Below, in pieces: positions 8,840 through 15,691 of a stretch of DNA of 32,000 bases. The translations under genes were made by a program, and so were the position numbers. Source of the DNA: Halalkalibacterium halodurans (GTDB taxonomy: Bacteria; Bacillota; Bacilli; Bacillales; Bacillaceae_D). Below the pieces are notes generated by a model. It saw only the letters and a list, made by a program, of their open reading frames with translations, searched no databases and was not told where the DNA came from. Positions within the stretch are counted from its first letter, which is position 1, and each line of letters begins with the position of its first letter. The stretch lies in contig NZ_SNUY01000018.1 of assembly GCF_004376175.1 (NCBI RefSeq), forward strand, positions 26,937 through 58,936. The letters run 5' to 3'.

Positions 8840-9178
8840 TTATTCTCTCAGCTTTTCATGGAAAAACCGCTCCTTAAGCTCACGATATTTTTTTAATTCT
8901 TGCTCAAGGTGAGCTTTTTCATCCTCTGTTAATTCTTCACCGCCGTGGGAGAAAGAAATGCTTAGCTGAGTCGTCTCATCATCGACTCTGCCAAGAATAT
9001 AATCGGTTGTTACTTGGAAGAAATCAGCCATTTTTGTTAGGGTTTCATAATCAGGTTGGGTATTTTCTAATTCGTATCGAGCTAGAGTTGACCGATTAAG
9101 ACCTAACGTTTTCGCAAGCTCTTCCTGCGATAGCTTTTTGTTTATTCGCAGTGATCGTAGCCTTTTACCGAAACTCAT
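8840..9178 (-). CDS. XRE-family helix-turn-helix repressor
   Basis: HTH segment LSQEELAKTLGLNRSTLARYELENTQP. I prefer ATG 9178 or 9181 (SD AAGGTGAT) over the listed 9232 start. Confidence 0.85.
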   Translation of the reverse strand: MSFGKRLRSLRINKKLSQEELAKTLGLNRSTLARYELENTQPDYETLTKMADFFQVTTDYILGRVDDETTQLSISFSHGGEELTEDEKAHLEQELKKYRELKERFFHEKLRE

Positions 9179-9208
9179 CATTATCACCTTATTGTGTAGT
9201 ATATGAAC

Positions 9209-9236
9209 ATTATACGTGAATTTTCTGCACAATCAA
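9209..9236 (-). promoter_or_regulatory. leftward sigma-A promoter of the XRE gene
   Basis: The minus strand reads TTGATT (9231-9236), N16, TATAAT (9209-9214). The spacer is occupied by operator copy O1. Confidence 0.6.
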
Positions 9237-9418
9237 ATATTTGTGCAAAAAATGAACAATATCTCTTGACTGTGAAGAAAATGCACGTTACCATATGTGT
9301 AGAAACTTCACACTGGAGGTGCAAAACGTGAACGATCTAAAAGAGATTTGTGAATGTAATTTAGATCACACAAGCAGTATGATTTATTTTTTAACTGTCA
9401 TTGTGCAAAAAATGCACG
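9215..9418. promoter_or_regulatory. array of five 17-bp operator-like repeats, consensus TGTGCA-N5-TGCACG
   Basis: O1 at 9215-9231 (inverted; minus strand TGTGCAGAAAATTCACG). O2 at 9242-9258 (TGTGCAAAAAATGAACA). O3 at 9271-9287 (TGTGAAGAAAATGCACG). O4 at 9318-9334 (GGTGCAAAACGTGAACG). O5 at 9402-9418 (TGTGCAAAAAATGCACG). The half-sites are mutually palindromic. Confidence 0.65.
9266..9294 (+). promoter_or_regulatory. rightward divergent promoter
   Basis: TTGACT (9266-9271), N17, TACCAT (9289-9294). The spacer is occupied by operator copy O3. Confidence 0.5.
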
Positions 9419-9431
9419 TTCAGGTTTATGT

Positions 9432-10013
9432 TTATTTTAATTCATCTGGTGGTGAAACTGCGTGCTCATCTTGGATGACTTCATAAAAGAGGCTACCATC
9501 AATATCGGCCGATTGATTCTGTTTTATGACCATCGCACCCATTAACTTTTTGAATTCACCTACTGTTAACGGCCTTGCATCAGGCTTTAGCTCATATCCC
9601 ATTTGACCGTTTGGCTCAATTGTTGCATTTTTAATGTCTGCAATATTGGAAATGCCATTTTGGCGCATTTGCATTTCGATTTTGTCAATCGTCATTCGGA
9701 TTTTCCTTATGTTTTTTAGGTTAAACTGACCGTTTTCAATTACGCTGATGGCTTGACCAGACAGCAGCTTTTCTAGAACATCAATCTTCATTTGTAAAAA
9801 CTCAAGAACAATAAGAAGAGCAACAAAAATGGCGATCGTCACAATCGTTTTAATCATACTATGCTCGATAATCGGTTGAACGATGATGGCACCAATCGAA
9901 ATCATAACGACAGTTGTAGGGATGGACATCTGAGCAATTGATTTTCGACCAGAAATGCGAAGTAAGAGGAAACCTGAAAGCATCATAATGATCGCTTGCC
10001 ATGCAAAATCCAT
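9432..10013 (-). CDS. DUF421 (YetF/YdfS-like) membrane protein
   Basis: I prefer ATG 10013 (SD AAAGGAG) over the listed 10187. N-terminal TM helices are followed by a soluble C-domain (IENGQFNLKNIRKIRMTIDKIEMQMRQNGI) typical of DUF421. Confidence 0.8.
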   Translation of the reverse strand: MDFAWQAIIMMLSGFLLLRISGRKSIAQMSIPTTVVMISIGAIIVQPIIEHSMIKTIVTIAIFVALLIVLEFLQMKIDVLEKLLSGQAISVIENGQFNLKNIRKIRMTIDKIEMQMRQNGISNIADIKNATIEPNGQMGYELKPDARPLTVGEFKKLMGAMVIKQNQSADIDGSLFYEVIQDEHAVSPPDELK

Positions 10014-10187
10014 GTTGTCAGCTCCTTTAAGAAAAACAAATTCACAACTAGTAGTATAGACAGTGAACAACATTTTATGAAATAAGCTACTTGGAATTGT
10101 TCCTATAAACAAGCGTGAGGAAGATGGACAAGCTGGAGATCTCAATTGATGCGAGATAGACATGAAAATGATAAGGGGGAAAAACAA

Positions 10188-10619
10188 ATGACATCGTTAG
10201 CTATACCAAAGCTGGATCAGAAGAAGGTTCGCGCAGCTGTGGAAAAAGAATTAGAAGCGTATCGTTTCTGCCTATTAACCCTTGACGAGTCGGAGCTACC
10301 GAAAATGACTCAATCGTTCTCCCTCATACCACCGAGTCATACAAACGCATTTTATAGTAAAACGGAGGAAGCTGCAGTCGATAATGTGGACCGAAGAAAT
10401 GAAAAGAGAGCCCACATCGATCGGGTCGTAAAGGCAGTAAGCAAACTTACAGAAACAGAGAGAGCCATTGTTGTTCAGCGGTATTTGCAAGAAGACGAGA
10501 CGTTCGATTATATCATTTACAATGAAATGGGACTGAGCCACCGGCAATATTATCGGATTAAAGCTCGAGCCTTTTACAAATTGGCTTTAGCTTTAAAGCT
10601 ACCATTGTTGTATGAGTAG
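10188..10619 (+). CDS. ArpU-family phage packaging/lysis transcriptional regulator
   Basis: ATG 10188 with SD AAGGGGGA. Sigma-region-4-like C-terminus (TERAIVVQRYLQEDETFDYIIYNEMGLSHRQYYRIKARAFYKLA) and overall ArpU-like layout, recognised from memory. Confidence 0.75.
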   Translation: MTSLAIPKLDQKKVRAAVEKELEAYRFCLLTLDESELPKMTQSFSLIPPSHTNAFYSKTEEAAVDNVDRRNEKRAHIDRVVKAVSKLTETERAIVVQRYLQEDETFDYIIYNEMGLSHRQYYRIKARAFYKLALALKLPLLYE

Positions 10620-10650
10620 GTGGCACTTTCATGGCACAAAGGTGGCACTT
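10619..10650 (+). repeat. three TGGCAC hexamers at exact 11-bp spacing (two within GGTGGCACTT decamers)
   Basis: TGGCAC occurs at 10621, 10632 and 10643. GGTGGCACTT occurs at 10619-10628 and 10641-10650, starting in the ArpU stop codon. Confidence 0.8.
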
Positions 10651-10737
10651 CGTGTTTCAAATAACGTTGTATGATGGTAGTAGGGAATAGCACCTAACTT
10701 GAACTAGCACATGCAATAAAAAGGAACGCGTTTTATG

Positions 10738-10764
10738 GGTGAGCTGAAAAGCTCCCTTTTTTTT
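10738..10764 (+). terminator. probable terminator between arpU and the lysis cassette
   Basis: Short bulged stem GGGTGAGC / GCTCCC, followed by T8 at 10757-10764. Confidence 0.5.
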
Positions 10765-10945
10765 GCATAGTTCAAGTGTAAGTATGTTCATTCCTACAGT
10801 GTGAGAAAAGACGGGGAAGGGAGTGAAGCGAATGATCCTTACACAAATGAATTCATCTTGAATGGAGCAGAATGGAATGACTTTTTAGCTCAAAAAGCCA
10901 AGTATCAATTCTTCATTCTAGCATCGAAAAAGGAGGCTCTAGAGT

Positions 10946-11230
10946 GTGGATTACACCGTAGCAAATGAAATCGCGACAAGTCAAGCCGTTTGGGCGATTT
11001 TGTGCATTCTGCTTGCTGCTTATTTTATCCGTGAAATGAAAAAGGAAAATCAGGTCCATCGTGAAGATTCACGTAAGCGTGAAAATGCATTGATCGAACA
11101 TCTTCATCGCTCAAACGAAAGCCAAGAGAAAACAGCAGAAACGTTGGAACAAATTCAACTTTCACTTCGTTCGTTAGAAAAGCGAATGGATCGAGTTGAA
11201 CAAAACATGTATGTGCAGAGACGCAGCTAA
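10946..11230 (+). CDS. BhlA/UviB-family holin-like protein
   Basis: GTG start with SD AAAGGAGG. A single N-terminal TM segment (AVWAILCILLAAYFI) is followed by a charged coiled-coil tail, as in BhlA/UviB. Confidence 0.65.
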   Translation: MDYTVANEIATSQAVWAILCILLAAYFIREMKKENQVHREDSRKRENALIEHLHRSNESQEKTAETLEQIQLSLRSLEKRMDRVEQNMYVQRRS

Positions 11231-11330
11231 GTGTTGCATTGAGAAAATAGGGTGGAGTATACAAAATTCTCATTCGTTTGGAAGGGGACAGCCATATCGG
11301 CAATCGCCGTTTCGGTCGTGTTCGGACAAT

Positions 11331-11339
11331 CATATGGTA
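11331..11339 (+). promoter_or_regulatory. sigma-K-type -10 element upstream of the amidase gene
   Basis: CATATGGTA matches CATAnnnTA exactly, 35 nt before ATG 11374. I found no convincing AC at -35. Confidence 0.35.
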
Positions 11340-11373
11340 TAGAGAAGTCATTTCAATAGGAGAGTGATTGGAT

Positions 11374-12135
11374 ATGACAAAAATTTTTATTGACCCAGGT
11401 CACGGTGGTAGCGATTCGGGTGCAGTAGGAAATGGGATGCGTGAAAAAGATTTAACCTTAACGATTTCGCGGCAAATTCGGGACATGCTCCTAACCGAAT
11501 ATGATGGAGTTGAGGTAAGAATGAGCCGAGATAGCGATACAGCCGTCAGTCTATCTGAACGTGCGACGATGGCGAACAATTGGGAAGCTGACTATTTTTG
11601 TTCCGTTCATATTAACGCAGGCGGGGGAACCGGATTTGAATCCTATATTCATTCTAGCCTTCCTACACGAACGCAGCAACTACAAAACATCGTTCACCCA
11701 GCGATCGTCCAAGAGATAAATGTGACGGATCGGGGTCGTAAACATGCGAACTTTGTGGTTCTTCGGGAAACGGCCATGCCTGCCATCTTGACAGAAAACT
11801 TGTTCATTGATAATGCGAATGACGCTGAGCGCTTAAAAAGTCCTTCGTTCTTGACTCGAATTGCACGCGGTCATGTGAATGGCATTGCCGAAGCATTCGG
11901 TCTCGAAAGAAAAACGAACAGTTTGTACAAGGTTCAGTGCGGGGCATTTTCGCAAAGAGCGAACGCTGAGGCCTTAGCCGAGCGTTTACGTAATGACGGC
12001 TACAGCCCGTACATCTATCAAGCAGACGGGCTATTCAAGGTTCAGGTTGGTGCATTCGCCCAGCGTTCAAATGCAGAAGCCTTAGTGGAAGAACTGCAAT
12101 CCAAGGGATATGAGGCAGTTATTACTGTTGGCTAA
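11374..12135 (+). CDS. cwlC: N-acetylmuramoyl-L-alanine amidase (Amidase_3) with two C-terminal SPOR repeats, CwlC-like
   Basis: KIFIDPGHGGSDSGAVGNG and HINAGGGTGFESY are amidase_3 signatures. The tandem repeats YKVQCGAFSQRANAEALAERL and FKVQVGAFAQRSNAEALVEEL are SPOR repeats. Length and architecture match B. subtilis CwlC. Confidence 0.8.
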   Translation: MTKIFIDPGHGGSDSGAVGNGMREKDLTLTISRQIRDMLLTEYDGVEVRMSRDSDTAVSLSERATMANNWEADYFCSVHINAGGGTGFESYIHSSLPTRTQQLQNIVHPAIVQEINVTDRGRKHANFVVLRETAMPAILTENLFIDNANDAERLKSPSFLTRIARGHVNGIAEAFGLERKTNSLYKVQCGAFSQRANAEALAERLRNDGYSPYIYQADGLFKVQVGAFAQRSNAEALVEELQSKGYEAVITVG

Positions 12136-12151
12136 ATGAATCATCACTTTT

Positions 12152-12184
12152 AGTAGGTCTATTTTAGAGGACCTACTTTTTTTA
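12152..12184 (+). terminator. Rho-independent terminator after the amidase gene
   Basis: Stem AGTAGGTC (12152-12159) pairs with GACCTACT (12170-12177), followed by a T-run. Confidence 0.8.
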
Positions 12185-12353
12185 TGGTGGTCGAAAAAAT
12201 CAAATTTAAATGGAGGGGATCTATTAATGAATTTTCCAGGTGTTTTATATTCTGTTGGTTCATAAATGCAATAAAATATAAAGATTGTTTTCGCATGGTA
12301 TTTTTAATGACTATTAAATGATCTCTCGCGAAAAGATAGCTTCTAAACAGAGT

Positions 12354-12707
12354 CTACTCTTCTAACTCTAACCGCTTGTTCATTTCAATATGAATCGTGA
12401 CATCATCAGCTACTTGTTCGAGATACTCCAAATCAAACTCAGGTTTATCAGGTGGAAGGTATTCGGCTATTTCTAGGGCTCCACGATAAAGATCACCAGG
12501 AAGATCGACCTCTTCATTTTCATCTTCATCTGTTTCAGCAGATTCTACCATTAGATCGTTAAAGTATTGAGCTAACGCTTCTTTTGTCGATTCAGGAAAG
12601 GTGACGTGTTCCTCGTCTATAGTATAAGCTTCGGGCAAATGTAATGTGATAAATTCAATATTTTCCGGGTGATTATCGGAAACGGGGAACATGATCTCTG
12701 TGAACAT
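12354..12707 (-). CDS. hyper-acidic 117-aa hypothetical protein
   Basis: Hand count gives 23 Glu plus 11 Asp against about 5 Lys/Arg. There is no SD before either candidate ATG (12707 or 12692). It lies 46 nt downstream of the lipoprotein gene. Confidence 0.5.
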   Translation of the reverse strand: MFTEIMFPVSDNHPENIEFITLHLPEAYTIDEEHVTFPESTKEALAQYFNDLMVESAETDEDENEEVDLPGDLYRGALEIAEYLPPDKPEFDLEYLEQVADDVTIHIEMNKRLELEE

Positions 12708-12753
12708 TAAGAGATCGTTTGGTCGTATGACATAGATTTCAAACGGATTGGGT

Positions 12754-13182
12754 TCAATCTTTCTTTGTTTTAACGTCTCCCTTATTTGTAGAAATCATTG
12801 CTTGACCTTGGAGGCCATCATTGATGTTATGAAGATCAAAGACAACAATCTGGTCAGAATGATTGCCAAAATCACTTAAACGAAAAAGGTAATAGTACTG
12901 GTCTGTCTTCACATCTTGAAAGATATCTACTTCATCTAGTGTTAATTGAATTGGACCAACCTCTTTTTTAACGTCTAACCCATTTAAAAGAATATGTCCT
13001 TTTTTCACTAAGTTTTCCATTGTCGGATGTTCATCCCCGATAGTAAAAAGCGGTTCAAAGTCATCGCGTGGGATCAGATCTTGTTCATTTGATTCTTCTG
13101 CTGTTTCTTCATGGAACGAGCATGCAGATACAAGATTGGCCACTAGGATAAATGCGATCAAGTGCATACAATGTTTGATCAT
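12754..13182 (-). CDS. lipoprotein, unknown function
   Basis: SD AAAGGAGGA. Signal peptide with lipobox (LVANLVSAC). Confidence 0.7.
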   Translation of the reverse strand: MIKHCMHLIAFILVANLVSACSFHEETAEESNEQDLIPRDDFEPLFTIGDEHPTMENLVKKGHILLNGLDVKKEVGPIQLTLDEVDIFQDVKTDQYYYLFRLSDFGNHSDQIVVFDLHNINDGLQGQAMISTNKGDVKTKKD

Positions 13183-13356
13183 GTGATCCTCCTTTTAGTA
13201 CCCATACATTACGATCATTAAGGTGCTCACGTTTCCATCATAGCAAAATTTTAGAAAAAATTCACAGATTCGCTAAAATACAAAAAATAGAATCCGATAC
13301 AATTGATAGGAAGGAAAAATAGTTTGAAATATGGGAGGCTCTATCTATGGTAAAAA

Positions 13357-14178
13357 ATGGTCTTGTCGTTGCTCTTGTTGCTGTTTCTTGTTCCAACTAA
13401 TTTGGTGCATGCAGAAAGTGAGCCTAGAATTATTGACCAGTATGAGGAAAACAATACGTTTAACACTGCGTATCCACTAGGGAATTGGAAGTACAAACTG
13501 TTGTCAGGAACGATACATGCGCCGGAAGATTACGATTACTATCAGTTTACTGCTAGTAAAGGGGATCGTTTAGCGATTCGCTTATCACAAATTCCGAATC
13601 ATGTGAACTACGATCTCTACCTTTATAAAGACAGCTATGGATACCCTCTCATCGATTATTCCACAAGATCGGGCAACCAAGATGAAATCATTCGCTTTGA
13701 TGTTCCTGAAACGGGCTCCTATATTGTCCTCGTACGGTCTGCAGATGGTAGCTATGACGACTGGAATTTCTATCGTTTACCCTTTATCGACCGTATTAAA
13801 ACGGCCACTTATACGGCTAATTTGACGCCTACGGTATTAACAAGTCCAGGAGCAGGAACTACTTCACAAGTAGCTTCCGTTAATCTGAGTAATCAACAGG
13901 CGGTTCCTGATGGTGCAATCGTACGGAGTGTAAGTGCTCAAGGGACCATCTCGCCAAGTTTAGGTCACACGTACCGAGAAGTAATGAACGGATCAGAAGG
14001 GATCTGGTATACCTCGATTTCAGGGAGTGGCTCGTTTCCTGATATTACAGTCGCTAAGGAACTCCCTGTAAAAACGATATGGAATGTAAGATACTATTCC
14101 TTAGCACACAGCAGCTCGACTTGGCGAAACCCTCAATTAAGAATTACGTACGAATATGATGAAACATATCATTATTAA
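13357..14178 (+). CDS. secreted protein with a pre-peptidase C-terminal (PPC)-like domain and an unknown C-terminal domain
   Basis: Signal peptide MVLSLLLLLFLVPTNLVHA. The segment EENNTFNTAYPL...DYDYYQFTASKGDRLAIRL...YDLYLY...ETGSYIVLV matches the PPC-domain pattern. The start is uncertain (see findings). Confidence 0.65.
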   Translation: MVLSLLLLLFLVPTNLVHAESEPRIIDQYEENNTFNTAYPLGNWKYKLLSGTIHAPEDYDYYQFTASKGDRLAIRLSQIPNHVNYDLYLYKDSYGYPLIDYSTRSGNQDEIIRFDVPETGSYIVLVRSADGSYDDWNFYRLPFIDRIKTATYTANLTPTVLTSPGAGTTSQVASVNLSNQQAVPDGAIVRSVSAQGTISPSLGHTYREVMNGSEGIWYTSISGSGSFPDITVAKELPVKTIWNVRYYSLAHSSSTWRNPQLRITYEYDETYHY

Positions 14179-14187
14179 TCGAAAGGC

Positions 14188-14937
14188 GTGGAAAATCAGA
14201 TGAACTTGTTTTTTCATGATCTAATGAATAGCCGCTACGATCGTCAACTGTATAAAAATATAATGAAAAAACGAGCTGACTCGACCGATTACTCAGCTAG
14301 AAAGATTCATCGTCAGTATGATACGGTGAGCATTAGTCAAAAGGCGTTAGACAAACAAAATGTACGAACTATGGGAAGTCAAATGAATGGGCTTGATTTT
14401 TTAAACTATAGTTTGGCACAGGATCGAGAGCGCTTAAGTAAAACGATCCAGGATCACCTTAACGAAAACGACATTCACCTAGAGGAAGGGGAATCCTTCA
14501 CAATCGACGTTTCTTACCGTTTTCAGATAACAGTTACAGGATTATCTGATAAGGAAAAAGCCAAACAAATCGAAGCCGTTTTAAATCAAACGAACATTGG
14601 TTTTCGCTTACTTGAACATGACCAAACGGTAAAATCCTTTAAAAATGGTGCCTCAGTCGAACGAACACAAATGTACGATAAATGGCATGCGGATCATTTT
14701 TTAAGACAATTTGCTAACACGACTATTGAGGATGTATCCCTTAATCAAGATGGGAAACTTACAGGTAATGATCAATTAAACGAATTGATGGAGAAAGCTA
14801 GTAGAGGGAAGGGTGAGCTTAACGAATACGTTCAAGCGATGATTGCAAAAGTAAGGGCCGTCCTACTTATAGGAATTGATCACATTCCCAATCGTTCAGC
14901 TACTTTTACGTACTCTGATGAATTGCAGTATCCATGA
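14188..14937 (+). CDS. hypothetical 249-aa protein, co-oriented 9 nt after the PPC-domain gene
   Basis: Long ORF with coding-like composition. No signal peptide and no motif I recognise. Confidence 0.55.
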   Translation: MENQMNLFFHDLMNSRYDRQLYKNIMKKRADSTDYSARKIHRQYDTVSISQKALDKQNVRTMGSQMNGLDFLNYSLAQDRERLSKTIQDHLNENDIHLEEGESFTIDVSYRFQITVTGLSDKEKAKQIEAVLNQTNIGFRLLEHDQTVKSFKNGASVERTQMYDKWHADHFLRQFANTTIEDVSLNQDGKLTGNDQLNELMEKASRGKGELNEYVQAMIAKVRAVLLIGIDHIPNRSATFTYSDELQYP

Positions 14938-14955
14938 TCAAAAGAAAAAGGGGCC

Positions 14956-15498
14956 CTAAAATTGGGCTCCTTCCTCTTTGCTTGTTCGTTTGACATACAC
15001 CGTTAGCTTAGTAGTCTTTCCTTTGGAATTTTCTATGACTTCGCCCTCATCGCGAAAGTGAAGCTTTTCTAGGATTTTGATGGAGCCCACGTTAGCTGGT
15101 TCTACCTTGGCTACCATTCTTTTGAGTTGAAGATGGTCAAATGCATAATGTATTAAAGCGGTGATTGCTTCTGTTCCGTAGCCTTTACCCCAATAGGATT
15201 GATCAAGTTCATAGCCAATTTCAGCGCTCCCTACCTCCCAATCGATTTCGTTGTAGCCACATGAGCCAATGACTGTATTCGTTCCTGTCTCAATCATGGT
15301 AAAACGAAGTGCTTTTTTTTCTGCTGATAAAGAGGTCAACAGCTTAATCATATCAATGGCTTGTGCTTCCGTTTTGAATGCTTCCACGTTCATGAATTTA
15401 GTTACATCAGGGTCTGACCAGATGCAAAAGAGAGCCTGGGCATCGTCTAACGTCATTTCTCGTAAGTAAAGTCGTTCGGTTTTTAGTTCTGCTTTCAC
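14956..15498 (-). CDS. GNAT-family N-acetyltransferase (RimJ/RimL-like)
   Basis: GTG start with SD GGAGGGGA. Typical TERLYLREMTLDDAQALF N-terminus and WGKGYGTEA acetyl-CoA loop. Confidence 0.85.
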   Translation of the reverse strand: MKAELKTERLYLREMTLDDAQALFCIWSDPDVTKFMNVEAFKTEAQAIDMIKLLTSLSAEKKALRFTMIETGTNTVIGSCGYNEIDWEVGSAEIGYELDQSYWGKGYGTEAITALIHYAFDHLQLKRMVAKVEPANVGSIKILEKLHFRDEGEVIENSKGKTTKLTVYVKRTSKEEGAQF

Positions 15499-15691
15499 GC
15501 TTTCCCCTCCAAATAAAAATCATTTCCGTTCGTTAACTGTTGAAATGATCTGTGCATGAGTCAGTCCCTTCTGTTCCGTACTATGATTTATCATATCATG
15601 ATGAGCAAAAAATCATCATGCCATTACTGAAAGTTTTGTTAAACGATGATAGTCTGATAGACAGAATGAAAAAGTATAACAGGAGGTATTT

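Noticed and set aside
9295-9486. A 63-aa ORF (or a 52-aa version from GTG 9328 with SD GGAGGTG) downstream of the rightward promoter; a possible Cro/Xis-like gene
   Set aside because: There is no HTH-like pattern. Two operator copies lie inside it, the composition is odd (YVYFNSSGGETACSSW), and its last 55 nt overlap a convergent real gene. I kept it only as a possibility inside a finding, not as a feature.
10621-10648. Calling the TGGCAC repeats a bona fide sigma-54 promoter
   Set aside because: The GG-N10-GC spacing fits, but the -12 box reads TGGC rather than TTGC. The window contains no enhancer-binding-protein gene and no upstream activator site. I retained it only as an alternative hypothesis in the finding.
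11025-11351. A 108-aa minus-strand ORF overlapping the holin-like gene and the amidase upstream region
   Set aside because: It is antisense to a better-supported gene that has a strong SD. It has no SD of its own and its sequence is not protein-like.
12229-12267. A 12-codon mini-ORF (MNFPGVLYSVGS) with SD GGAGGGGA in the intergenic region after the amidase terminator
   Set aside because: It is too short to support without conservation or ribosome-profiling data. It is probably fortuitous.
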